Shown here piece by piece: positions 47,932-57,373 of a stretch of 64,000 bases of DNA. Each line of letters opens with the position of its first letter. The first letter of the stretch is position 1. The position numbers and the translations under genes were made by a program. The stretch covers positions 32,001-96,000 of the IMG/VR virus record IMGVR_UViG_3300038299_000184. The stretch is one strand, 5' to 3'. This stretch comes from a virus. The notes under the pieces were generated by a model that was not told the origin of the DNA, searched no databases, and worked only from the letters and a program-made list of their open reading frames with translations.

Positions 47932-48960
47932 CTATCGGGAGAATACCATTCCGTATGTACCGTGCTTATCTTCGTCTAGATAGTTACCATTCTCGTCGAT
48001 ACGTGATGTAACGTTAATAGCACTACCACTACCCATATCACCAGAGTATACCTCTTTAACCTCTGTGTAACCATCTTTCTGTGTAGCATCATACTGTTCA
48101 GCAGATTTGAATGCGGTGTAACCAGCAGCACGGATAGGTTCAACAATCTGTGGGTTCTGTTTAACAAGGTAGTAACCACTTGTCAATAGATCGGCTGTGT
48201 CGTAGATCTCAATGTTAGCACCAGTCTTGTCAGTTGCGATGGCATACTTGTCACCGTTTCTCATGATAACAAAGATGAAGTCTAGATTGCGCTCACCAGT
48301 GTATGAGTCCCAGTATTGCTTATCCTGTTTGTATGAAATACACCACGATCCAGATTTACCAACATCATGACAAAGTCTCATTGAGTCTTCATAACTTTCG
48401 ATCTTGTAAACCATTAGGGATTCGTCACTGTACAACTTCTTAGAATTACCCTCTTCTGGGTCTTCGTCGATGTTGGAAGACCCACCAGCATTACGGCTAT
48501 TAGTGATCTCTTGTTTCAGTTCACTGATATTACTATATTCGAAAATGTTCTTAGTTGCTGAGTTGTCAATGATCATCTCATTAAACCCCTCAACGATGTC
48601 TACCAAATCTTCATCCAGTAATTCATAACCATAAGTGATTCTTAGTAGGTCGTATATCTTTTGAAGCTTATCAGTCCTCAACTTGAACACACCATTGCGG
48701 TTAGCATCCCTAGAGTTGGTTATAGCCTTGATCTCTTTAGGTGTTGGTGCAAGTGCCTTGGTCAGTTCATCCAAATTACCATATGTGAATATGTCCTTAT
48801 TAGTGAGTCGGTTCTTAGCAACCTCAAAACGGTTGAAGATCGGTTCGATCTCTTTATCCGTTAGGTTAGTACCAAAGGCTTTATTGAATTTCTCAATGTT
48901 GTTCTTTGTTAGTGCCGCCTCTAGAATGAAGGTCTCGTAGAAGTTCTTAAATCGTTCCAT
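47932..48960 (-). CDS. Late hypothetical protein, putative head-packaged
   Basis: MERFKNFYETFILE N-terminus; duplicated K(D/N)IF.Y.N..EL helix; SWCIS...YWDSY; TAATTA-N5-ATG. Confidence 0.65.
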   Translation of the reverse strand: MERFKNFYETFILEAALTKNNIEKFNKAFGTNLTDKEIEPIFNRFEVAKNRLTNKDIFTYGNLDELTKALAPTPKEIKAITNSRDANRNGVFKLRTDKLQKIYDLLRITYGYELLDEDLVDIVEGFNEMIIDNSATKNIFEYSNISELKQEITNSRNAGGSSNIDEDPEEGNSKKLYSDESLMVYKIESYEDSMRLCHDVGKSGSWCISYKQDKQYWDSYTGERNLDFIFVIMRNGDKYAIATDKTGANIEIYDTADLLTSGYYLVKQNPQIVEPIRAAGYTAFKSAEQYDATQKDGYTEVKEVYSGDMGSGSAINVTSRIDENGNYLDEDKHGTYGMVFSR

Positions 48961-49015
48961 ATGTTTAATTATACATTAGGTTGGTTAATATACCAATAAA
49001 ATATAATTAAACTAT

Positions 49016-49828
49016 ATGAGCACTGAGTACATCTGGTTTAAGAAGGGTAAGGAATCTAGGAGAACTGTCGATGAAGCTGGTGAGAAACCTACCTTGGAGA
49101 AACTACCCAATGGTGTGGAGATTCATACCAGATATATGAGTCCTTCACAAGAGCTTATATCTGTTGAATATAAGAAGGATGGTAAAAGGCACCGTGATGG
49201 TGACGAACCAGCGTATGTGCAGTATACAGGTAATGTAATTGATTCAGAGTCTTATTATAAGGAGGGTGTTGAACACCGCGATGGTGACAAGCCAGCTTAT
49301 ATTAAATACATGGGCGGGAAGGTAACAAGAATGACATACTACAAGAACGGTGTTAGAACTAGGGTTGGTGATAAACCATATGACACAGGGTTCTACCGTA
49401 ACGGGGATAAGCGTTTCGAGAATTATGGAAGTGGTAAGGGTCGGGGTGGTAGAACCCTCCACCGAGAGGGTGACAAACCTGCCAGTACGTACTGGAACGA
49501 AGACGGTTCCTTAAAGAGTGAAAAGTGGTACCTCAACGGGTGGACTGGGCGCGAGGGTGATAAACCCGTTTCAATCGAATACGATAGTAAAGGGAGGAAA
49601 CTGGAGGTCGTATATAAGAACAAGGATGGTGAGATACACCGCGACACCGACAACCCTTCAGTAATAGATTATCGCGGTGGTGTACTAGATGCTGTTTCCT
49701 ATTACAAGAATGGTGAGAGACACCGCGATGATGATAAGCCCTCTTATATAGAATACAAGTTTAATGGTATCGATGTAGAGTTTGTAGAATATTATAAAAA
49801 TGGTGTTGAGTACACACCAAAAAAATAG
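49016..49828 (+). CDS. STEYIWF-leader / HRDGDKPA-repeat protein 1 (MORN-variant/YwqK-like)
   Basis: Leader MSTEYIWFKKGKESRRTVDEAGEKP..EKLPNG; ~7 repeats. Confidence 0.8.
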   Translation: MSTEYIWFKKGKESRRTVDEAGEKPTLEKLPNGVEIHTRYMSPSQELISVEYKKDGKRHRDGDEPAYVQYTGNVIDSESYYKEGVEHRDGDKPAYIKYMGGKVTRMTYYKNGVRTRVGDKPYDTGFYRNGDKRFENYGSGKGRGGRTLHREGDKPASTYWNEDGSLKSEKWYLNGWTGREGDKPVSIEYDSKGRKLEVVYKNKDGEIHRDTDNPSVIDYRGGVLDAVSYYKNGERHRDDDKPSYIEYKFNGIDVEFVEYYKNGVEYTPKK

Positions 49829-50650
49829 TTATCGATTATCATCGGGGGTGTATTGATCACCTCTCCAGAAGTATAACTCTGTCTCTATAGAACCATCTTC
49901 AGCATATCTAATCTTAGCAGGTTTGTCATCAGCTCTATGGTGCTCACCATTCTGGTAATACAACTCTGCTAATACAGAACCGTCTTTATCATACTTAGTC
50001 CTAGCAGGTTTATCACCACCCCTATGAAATTCCATATCATCGTTGTAGTATGATTCCATATGCTTACCACCCGATTCATAATATTGTACAGAAGTTGGTT
50101 TATCATCTTCCCTACGAAACATGCCGAACTTATAATAGAACTCGTCCTGTATGTCAGAGCCTCCATCATAATAAACCATTATTGCTGGCTTATCACCTTC
50201 GCGGTGAAATTCGCCATCGATATGGTATCTAACATCTTTAGGTATATCAGTACCGTCTTGGTAGAATATATTTGCAGGTTTATCACCACCACGGTGTAAT
50301 TTATCGTTAGAGTAATAGAATTCCTCAGACACACCACCAGTTACTTCGTTGTATATAATCTTGGACGGTTTATCACCAACCCTGTGGAACTTGCCTTGGA
50401 TTTTGTAAACCTCTTCAGTTTTATTACCGTCGAAGTCCCACTCTGTCCAAGCGGGTCTATCACCGTCACGATGTATCACATCACTTTTGTAGTAATACTC
50501 GCCACTCATCCTACCAGTTCGCTCGTGGTAAGTGTATTTTATCTCACCACCGTTAGGTAGCTTTTTATTAAGGGGTACACGCCCTTCTGGGTCGGCAGTC
50601 CTTTTAGACTCTCTACCGTCATTGAACCAGATGTACTCCTTTTTCCTCAT
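49829..50650 (-). CDS. STEYIWF-leader / HRDGDKPA-repeat protein 2 (inverted copy)
   Basis: Leader MRKKEYIWFNDGRESKRTADPEG..P..KKLPNG; ~7 repeats. Confidence 0.8.
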   Translation of the reverse strand: MRKKEYIWFNDGRESKRTADPEGRVPLNKKLPNGGEIKYTYHERTGRMSGEYYYKSDVIHRDGDRPAWTEWDFDGNKTEEVYKIQGKFHRVGDKPSKIIYNEVTGGVSEEFYYSNDKLHRGGDKPANIFYQDGTDIPKDVRYHIDGEFHREGDKPAIMVYYDGGSDIQDEFYYKFGMFRREDDKPTSVQYYESGGKHMESYYNDDMEFHRGGDKPARTKYDKDGSVLAELYYQNGEHHRADDKPAKIRYAEDGSIETELYFWRGDQYTPDDNR

Positions 50651-50729
50651 ACATATAATTACCCACTGCGCCCGTCAGAAATCGACATAATATATTTGTT
50701 ACTGACCCACACAAGATATAATTAACTAC

Positions 50730-51365
50730 ATGTCTACTGAGTACATTTGGTTCAAGGGCGGTAAAGAATCCAAGAGAACTGCCGATCCTAAAGGTGAGAA
50801 ACCTACCCTTGTTAAATCTGGGAATGGTAGGGAAATCAAATACTCGTACCATTATGACATGGAGGCTGATTATGATCAACGAATTATTGGTGCGTCATCC
50901 GAGACACATTTACTAAATGGTGAGAAGGATAGAGAAGGTGGTAAGCCAGCATTTATTGCGTATGATGTACATGGTAAGGTATTACACAGAGCCATGTGGG
51001 AAGGTGGTGTGAAACAGTTGGTAGAGTGGTTATATGAAGATGGGGGTATATACTGGTCAAAGTATTACACTAATGGTGAATTGCACCGAGAGGGTGATAA
51101 ACCCGCCCAGATTTATTATTATTTCAGTGGTGAAATTCGAAATGAAACTTGGTATGATGTTGAAGGTGCCGAACACCGCGATGATGATAAGCCAGCATTT
51201 ATATCATATTTTAAAGACGGTAGTGTTAATCAAAAAAGATGGTATAACCATGGTAATATGCACAGGGGGGATGACCAACCTGCTGTTATAACATACGACA
51301 TTGATGGTAATGTAGAAAAAGAACTATATGTCTATGATGGTGAAGTTTACACACCACAAAAATAA
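50730..51365 (+). CDS. STEYIWF-leader / HRDGDKPA-repeat protein 3
   Basis: Leader plus ~4 repeats. Confidence 0.8.
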   Translation: MSTEYIWFKGGKESKRTADPKGEKPTLVKSGNGREIKYSYHYDMEADYDQRIIGASSETHLLNGEKDREGGKPAFIAYDVHGKVLHRAMWEGGVKQLVEWLYEDGGIYWSKYYTNGELHREGDKPAQIYYYFSGEIRNETWYDVEGAEHRDDDKPAFISYFKDGSVNQKRWYNHGNMHRGDDQPAVITYDIDGNVEKELYVYDGEVYTPQK

Positions 51366-51408
51366 TTGTTGACGAAACTATCGTGGTGTCATTAGTATAA
51401 TTACATTC

Positions 51409-52035
51409 ATGTCTACTGAGTACATTTGGTTCAAGGGTGGTAAAGAATCTAGAAGAACCGCCGACCCTGCTGGTAAGCTACCCCTAAAGGAAGAACTGTC
51501 GGGTGGTAGGGAAATCAACCACAAGTATTTCCCTAGTGGTAATATTGCAAGATCTGTGTATACAACCAAAGGTAAAAGGACAAAGTCAATTGACTATAAC
51601 ATGTTTGGTGGTAAGGTCGTAACAGAATATAGTGGTCGTTCCGCATTTGTTAAGGAAGTATTTAAAAGTGACGGAAGTCGTGTAAAAACTGAGCACTATA
51701 AGAACCTAAAGGACAAGCACCGCGATGGTGATAAACCTGCATATGTTCTGTATATACGGGATAGTAAAGGCACCGATGATGATATACAGGTTGCTGAATA
51801 TTATAAGGATGGTAAGCTTCACCGTGATGGTGACAAGCCAGCGGAAATACGAAACAATGATGACGGCTCAAAGAGGTATGAGACTTATTATCAAAATGGT
51901 AAAAAACACCGCGATGGTGACAAGCCAGCGGATTTGGTATATGAAGATGGCGTGGTCATGCTCAGTAACCAATACAAGAATGGTGTTAGAGTTGAAGGGG
52001 GTAAATATACCCATAAAAATTGGGTACCCTTCTAG
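51409..52035 (+). CDS. STEYIWF-leader / HRDGDKPA-repeat protein 4
   Basis: Leader plus 3 repeats. Confidence 0.8.
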   Translation: MSTEYIWFKGGKESRRTADPAGKLPLKEELSGGREINHKYFPSGNIARSVYTTKGKRTKSIDYNMFGGKVVTEYSGRSAFVKEVFKSDGSRVKTEHYKNLKDKHRDGDKPAYVLYIRDSKGTDDDIQVAEYYKDGKLHRDGDKPAEIRNNDDGSKRYETYYQNGKKHRDGDKPADLVYEDGVVMLSNQYKNGVRVEGGKYTHKNWVPF

Positions 52036-52047
52036 ATAATTACATTT

Positions 52048-53136
52048 ATGTCTACTGAGTACATATGGTTCAAGAATGGCAAGGAGTCCAAGAGATCTAT
52101 CGATGAGGCAGGTAAATTGATACCTCTAGAACAACTAGGTAATAACAGAAGAGTCGAACGAACTTTCAATGTCCATAATAAAGGTGTTTTAACATCGGAG
52201 AAATATTACAAGGGTGATCTACTACACCGCGATGGTGATCTACCTGCCCACACAGAGAATGATGTAGACGGTAAAGTAGAGTTCCAGACATTTATGAAGG
52301 ACGGGGCTAACCACCGTGATGGTGATAAACCCGCACATACAGAATTTGGTGTAGACGGTGAAAAAACAGTAGATTCTTATTATAAAAAAGGCGAGAAGCA
52401 CCGTGATGGTGGTAAGCCCTCATTTGTAAAATACTACAGTGGTGGTGGAACTATTTGGGTAGAGAATTATTTTGTAAATGGAGAGCATCACCGTGATGGT
52501 GATGAACCCGCAGTGGCATATTATGATCATGCTGGAAGGCCAACAATGACCGAATATTGGAAAAATGGAAAACGACACCGTGATGGTGACAAGCCAGCAC
52601 AGCTCGAACTAACCATTAATGGTGATATAAAAAAAGAGGTTTATTATAAAGACGGTAAACTACACCGCGATGGTGACAAGCCGTCTGAAACCGAATATTA
52701 CTCTGGTGGTAACGGACACATGGAAATGTTCCACAAGGAAGGTAACATGGAGACCACTCGTGAGTACCGTAGTGACGGATCTATGAAACTACTGTCCTAC
52801 TACAAGGACGACGAACCCCATAGTGTTGACGACAAACCCGCTCAGATATATTACAACACCAATGGCGATAAAGACGCTGAGGTGTGGTTCAAAGACGGTT
52901 ACGTACACCGCGATGGTGATAAGCCAGCAGAATTGGTCTTTGACCCAAGTGGTGAGTTGAAGTCAGAGGGTTACTACTTCGAAGACGAGCTACACCGCGA
53001 GGGTGATAAACCAGCCTCGATTGTTTACAATGTTGATGGCACTGTCGGTAAAGAAACTTATTATAAACACGGTGAGGAATATGATCCTAACGAAGAAGTG
53101 GAATATTCCGAAACCGAGTATGACGAGGTGGACTAG
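52048..53136 (+). CDS. STEYIWF-leader / HRDGDKPA-repeat protein 5
   Basis: Leader plus ~9 repeats; acidic tail. Confidence 0.8.
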   Translation: MSTEYIWFKNGKESKRSIDEAGKLIPLEQLGNNRRVERTFNVHNKGVLTSEKYYKGDLLHRDGDLPAHTENDVDGKVEFQTFMKDGANHRDGDKPAHTEFGVDGEKTVDSYYKKGEKHRDGGKPSFVKYYSGGGTIWVENYFVNGEHHRDGDEPAVAYYDHAGRPTMTEYWKNGKRHRDGDKPAQLELTINGDIKKEVYYKDGKLHRDGDKPSETEYYSGGNGHMEMFHKEGNMETTREYRSDGSMKLLSYYKDDEPHSVDDKPAQIYYNTNGDKDAEVWFKDGYVHRDGDKPAELVFDPSGELKSEGYYFEDELHREGDKPASIVYNVDGTVGKETYYKHGEEYDPNEEVEYSETEYDEVD

Positions 53137-53654
53137 CCGTAGCCGAGGATTCTCTTACCGTTCTCTGCCTTATGTGTGGTGTGGCTTTCATCTTTATAAA
53201 TTAGATTAAAAAGATCTGCACTGAATGGTGCTGAGGCAACAGCCTTATCTAACACCTCTTGGTTTGACAAACCTTTCAAATCTTTAGATCCTATAGTACC
53301 TTCATTAGTACCCCCAATACTACTATAGTTAACTTGGATTATAGGATTTTTAGAAGGGTTTGATTGACCATAGTTCTTATATCCGAGTTTCTCACCAGCT
53401 CTTACTTTGAAGCCGAGGTATTGTCCTGTTTTAATATACTCCATTAAGTTTCTGGAGTGTACACTGTGTTTATTACCATCCTCATCCACGACCAAACCAA
53501 ATATATCAATGTTTGGTTTGTGATCGGTGGGGGAAGTGGCATTCATAGCCACCAACTTGATAGACCCACCATCCTTGGTTTCTAGATCTTCCTCATATCT
53601 AGGATGACCATTTGTTTTTAGAATACCTTCGATAACAGTTGAAAATTTGCTCAT
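53133..53654 (-). CDS. Late hypothetical protein
   Basis: MSKFSTVIEGIL N-terminus; TAATTA-CATTT-ATG. Confidence 0.6.
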   Translation of the reverse strand: MSKFSTVIEGILKTNGHPRYEEDLETKDGGSIKLVAMNATSPTDHKPNIDIFGLVVDEDGNKHSVHSRNLMEYIKTGQYLGFKVRAGEKLGYKNYGQSNPSKNPIIQVNYSSIGGTNEGTIGSKDLKGLSNQEVLDKAVASAPFSADLFNLIYKDESHTTHKAENGKRILGYG

Positions 53655-53879
53655 AAATGTAATTAGTATAAATTGTTGAGAACACCACTGTTACTACTTC
53701 AATAACCTACAGTGGTGTTCCATTTATAAAACGCGCAACGGTTATAGAGTATTGCACATACAGTTTATCAGAATACTCTATCTTACTAGTACCGTCAACC
53801 TGCTCTAAGCGTAGTCTCATATCCTACGAGGTGTACACAGTACCACATAATGACGTGGTGTCAACGCCTAATTACATTT

Positions 53880-54455
53880 ATGTCTGACGAATACATTTGG
53901 TTTAAGAATGGTAAGGAATTTAGGAGAACTGCTGACGAAGAGGGTGATATCACAACACAGGAGAACCTACCCAATGGTATTGTTATGGAACATGTAACTA
54001 ATGGTAATGCTAGTATAAAAACATATAAAAAGAACGGCGTGTTACATCGTGATGGTGATGAACCTGCTAGAATTGTATATCGTGATGCTTATGATGTAGA
54101 CACACTAAAAAAGGTGGAATATCATAAAAGTGGGATGAGGCACCGCGATGGTGATAAACCACAATCAATAACATATGATAAATATGGTGACGTTGAGATA
54201 GAACAATACCTTGTCAATGATCAAATGCATCGTGACGGTGACAAACCTGCATACATATATTATTATGACAATGGTGATATACGCACCGAGGTTTATATCA
54301 AAAACGATGATTATCACCGTGACGGTAATAAACCCGCAATTATCAGATATGATAAAGAGGGTAATATAGAGTCAATGAGTTATTATATACACGGTGAAGA
54401 GCAAGCCAACCAGAGTGATAAGGATTTATTAGACGAGTTGGGTGTTGAACACTAA
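53880..54455 (+). CDS. STEYIWF-leader / HRDGDKPA-repeat protein 6
   Basis: MSDEYIWFKNGKEFRRTADEEG; 4 repeats; start by TAATTA-CATTT-ATG. Confidence 0.8.
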   Translation: MSDEYIWFKNGKEFRRTADEEGDITTQENLPNGIVMEHVTNGNASIKTYKKNGVLHRDGDEPARIVYRDAYDVDTLKKVEYHKSGMRHRDGDKPQSITYDKYGDVEIEQYLVNDQMHRDGDKPAYIYYYDNGDIRTEVYIKNDDYHRDGNKPAIIRYDKEGNIESMSYYIHGEEQANQSDKDLLDELGVEH

Positions 54456-54478
54456 GTACATTTACCCTAATTAAATTC

Positions 54479-55393
54479 ATGCCAAAGCGTTTCAATAGTG
54501 CAATAAATATAGTCCTACAGGAATCCAATTTCGTTTTGGATGCTGATGTTGACACCGTCATGGAATTACTACGTATCGATGACATGATCCGTGATTACAA
54601 AAGTAATCCGACCAGCATGGAGTGGTATGAAGTTTTGAATGATCAATATAATAAAACCCCTCAGTTGTCTACCATGGATTCTGAATATTTAGGTGGTGTT
54701 GATGCCCAACGTGCAAATCAAAAACTACCAGTGCAAATCAAATTGATGGGCGGGGGTAGGGGTCATGGTTACGTTGCTAACCAAAAACTTATAATGTTCA
54801 TATTACCTAGTGGTGTGGTTAAAGCACTGGGTGAATCTGGTCTGAATAACACAGCGGTTCTTTCCGAGAACCCTAGTTACAGAAAGTACTTTGATCTGGG
54901 TTATTGGAGAAGTGTAATAGCACATGAACTAACTCACTGGATGGAGGATGCAATCTATGGTGGTAAAATAACCAAGGATAATGATAGGTTTAAAAATAAG
55001 CGCGGGACACTCAACTTGAAGAAAAGCCGACAAGTGGATAAAGCTGGTGAGTTTAGATCTCAAGACAAAATAGATCAACTAGAACTCGATAAAACCGTGA
55101 CAGGTGGTATCGAAACCGAAGCGGTCATTGCACAGCTTAAACAACGCAAGAGGACGGTTGGTGCTGAGGAGTGGGATGCGATGTCTTTCAAGGATTTATA
55201 TAAACTCGACCCTATACTCAAACACTACATCGACAAAGCCCGAAATGGAACCGAGACAGGGCGTTTTGACAGGAACAAGGCTGGTCTGTCAGACAAAGAC
55301 TTTAAAGCGTATATACAGCGTTTAATCCAGAAGATGGATAGAGTTGGTATACTAGGTGCTAGTATGAGAAACCCCGTAGGCGACATTAACTAA
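54479..55393 (+). CDS. HExxH metallopeptidase-like late protein
   Basis: SVIAHELTHW with downstream E.EA; MPKRFNSAINIVLQE N-terminus. Confidence 0.55.
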   Translation: MPKRFNSAINIVLQESNFVLDADVDTVMELLRIDDMIRDYKSNPTSMEWYEVLNDQYNKTPQLSTMDSEYLGGVDAQRANQKLPVQIKLMGGGRGHGYVANQKLIMFILPSGVVKALGESGLNNTAVLSENPSYRKYFDLGYWRSVIAHELTHWMEDAIYGGKITKDNDRFKNKRGTLNLKKSRQVDKAGEFRSQDKIDQLELDKTVTGGIETEAVIAQLKQRKRTVGAEEWDAMSFKDLYKLDPILKHYIDKARNGTETGRFDRNKAGLSDKDFKAYIQRLIQKMDRVGILGASMRNPVGDIN

Positions 55394-55401
55394 TTACATT
55401 T

Positions 55402-56178
55402 ATGTCTACCGAGTATATTTGGTTTAAGAAGGGTAAGGAATCCAAGAGGACTGCTGACCCAGAAGGTAAACTACCCACTGTGGAGAACCTACCTAATGGG
55501 AGAACCGCAACATATACATACAATAATTTAATAATTGTATCCAAACACATTAAGAAGGGTGGTGAATACGATGGCGGTAATGATCCTGCTATATCTCAAT
55601 ATGATAGAAACGGTAACTTGTTAAAGGAGCAATATGTTAAGGATGATTACCACCACCGCGATGGTGGTAAGCCAGCAATAATAGGTTATAATATCAGTAC
55701 TGGCAAACCCTTCTTAGAGGAATATTATATAGATGGCAAACGCCATAGGGAAAATGATAAACCCGCAGTTGTAGAGGACTATGCAAGTAGTGGTAAACAT
55801 GAGGTGTGGTGGTTCAAAGGTACAATGCACCGCGATGGTGATAAGCCAGCAGACATATCCACCAATAATAAAGGCGTTGTGACACAAGAGACATGGTATG
55901 TTGATAATAAACAACATAGAGAGGGGGATAAACCTTCTGAGTTGCGCTATTGGGATAACGGCAATTTGAAGGTTGAGACATACACTATCCATGACGGTAT
56001 GCTACACCGCGATGGTGATAAACCCGCACAAATTATGTACAACGAGAATGGTGATAAACAGGAATCTCGATACTACGAGGTCGGAAATCGTATAAAGGTG
56101 GTAGAGCACACTAAGAAAGATCTCACAAAGTCCCAAAAGGATTTTAATGAAATCTCTGATCTGTTGAGAGATAATTAA
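55402..56178 (+). CDS. STEYIWF-leader / HRDGDKPA-repeat protein 7
   Basis: Leader plus 5-6 repeats. Confidence 0.8.
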   Translation: MSTEYIWFKKGKESKRTADPEGKLPTVENLPNGRTATYTYNNLIIVSKHIKKGGEYDGGNDPAISQYDRNGNLLKEQYVKDDYHHRDGGKPAIIGYNISTGKPFLEEYYIDGKRHRENDKPAVVEDYASSGKHEVWWFKGTMHRDGDKPADISTNNKGVVTQETWYVDNKQHREGDKPSELRYWDNGNLKVETYTIHDGMLHRDGDKPAQIMYNENGDKQESRYYEVGNRIKVVEHTKKDLTKSQKDFNEISDLLRDN

Positions 56179-56180
56179 AT

Positions 56181-56345
56181 TTACCGATCCCTATATATGC
56201 CCCACAGATCCCATGCCAAATACCCCACACCAGTAGCCTGTAGACAGAAACCAAACCAGTATAGGTTTGGGTGGTAGGTGGGTAGGATGGTACACCACGT
56301 TGGGATTGCTAGTGCTAATGCTAGTATGTATAAACGTGCTCTCAT
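56181..56345 (-). CDS. 54-aa membrane protein (below ORF-track cutoff)
   Basis: MRARLYILALALAIPTW...FGFCLQATGVGYLAWDLWGIYRDR*. Confidence 0.5.
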   Translation of the reverse strand: MRARLYILALALAIPTWCTILPTYHPNLYWFGFCLQATGVGYLAWDLWGIYRDR

Positions 56346-56509
56346 TATTTAAGAATTTTCAACCCTGTTACAATCGCACCTATAAGACCCACCATCTGCA
56401 ACCCCAAACCAATGCAGCCCAGCACGTCATAAGGTTCTGGTAACCAGACTAGTTGCCCGAGGGGTGCAATGCCCATTATTAAGAACGTGTTGAATAGTTT
56501 ATTTGTCAT
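56345..56509 (-). CDS. 54-aa membrane protein (below ORF-track cutoff)
   Basis: MTNKLFNTFLIMGIAPLG...IGLGLQMVGLIGAIVTGLKILK*; upstream TTGACA-N17-TAAGAT. Confidence 0.5.
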   Translation of the reverse strand: MTNKLFNTFLIMGIAPLGQLVWLPEPYDVLGCIGLGLQMVGLIGAIVTGLKILK

Positions 56510-56548
56510 ACGGGTAATCTTATATTATTAATACAGTGGTGTCAACAA

Positions 56549-57274
56549 CTAAAATTCCCCTGTGTGAATTACCTTGATGTTGGCGGGGTTGATAGACTTC
56601 TTAACATAGACAGCATCGAACGTTTTACCACCACTTGCCATAGGGTCATCAAACCTCTCAATACCTTCTGGTAGATCAACGTTCAAAATTACAATTTGGT
56701 CTTCATCCCAGCGACCATCATCATTACCAGAATCCACAAGCTTGTTCTTCTTATCCATAAACAGGATCTCAGTAATTGATTTAACCAATGACATGTCATC
56801 CGTGTAAAGTAGGTAGATTCTATCAGCGGGGTGGTTGAAGGTTGTGGTGGTCTCCCTTGGATTCAAACCATTCTTCTTAATCTTATTGTAGTAGGTTTTG
56901 TTGGTGATATGGTAGTACTGCCAACCGTCTTTCTTCTCGTGATTCCTGTCAGCAGTTTTAGGTTCTATTACCAAGCGGTGTTGATTAGACTTAACTACGT
57001 ACCAACCGTAAACCTCCAGCTTCTTATTCACAATATCTACGTAATCCGTCAAGTCCACATTTCTTGCAACGATAGCAAAATACTGATCATCGGGTTTCTC
57101 ATCAACAAACAATTTAATGTCGTGCTCACGCTGGAAATACCCTTTCAAGAATTTGATAGTGGTTTCCTTGGGGTATGACTTAATCAAGCCCTCCTCTAGG
57201 GTGTTGACAATATTCTCGATGGCGGTTTCACCAACCACACCAAGACTCTTTATCACATCATAAAATTTACTCAT
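56549..57274 (-). CDS. ADP-ribosyltransferase-fold (Tpt1/KptA-like) late protein
   Basis: YYHIT......IKKNGLNP, RIYL, VILNVD, DP......AVYV...I.P.NI; MSKFYDVI..LEEG N-terminus; TAATTA-N5-ATG. Confidence 0.55.
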   Translation of the reverse strand: MSKFYDVIKSLGVVGETAIENIVNTLEEGLIKSYPKETTIKFLKGYFQREHDIKLFVDEKPDDQYFAIVARNVDLTDYVDIVNKKLEVYGWYVVKSNQHRLVIEPKTADRNHEKKDGWQYYHITNKTYYNKIKKNGLNPRETTTTFNHPADRIYLLYTDDMSLVKSITEILFMDKKNKLVDSGNDDGRWDEDQIVILNVDLPEGIERFDDPMASGGKTFDAVYVKKSINPANIKVIHTGEF

Positions 57275-57373
57275 AAAGTTAATTATACACTGTGGTAACG
57301 TCCTGTCAACACCACATGGTGTTATGAATTTAAATGTTGACACATGAGAAGATCTGTGTACTTTGAGCTGCAC

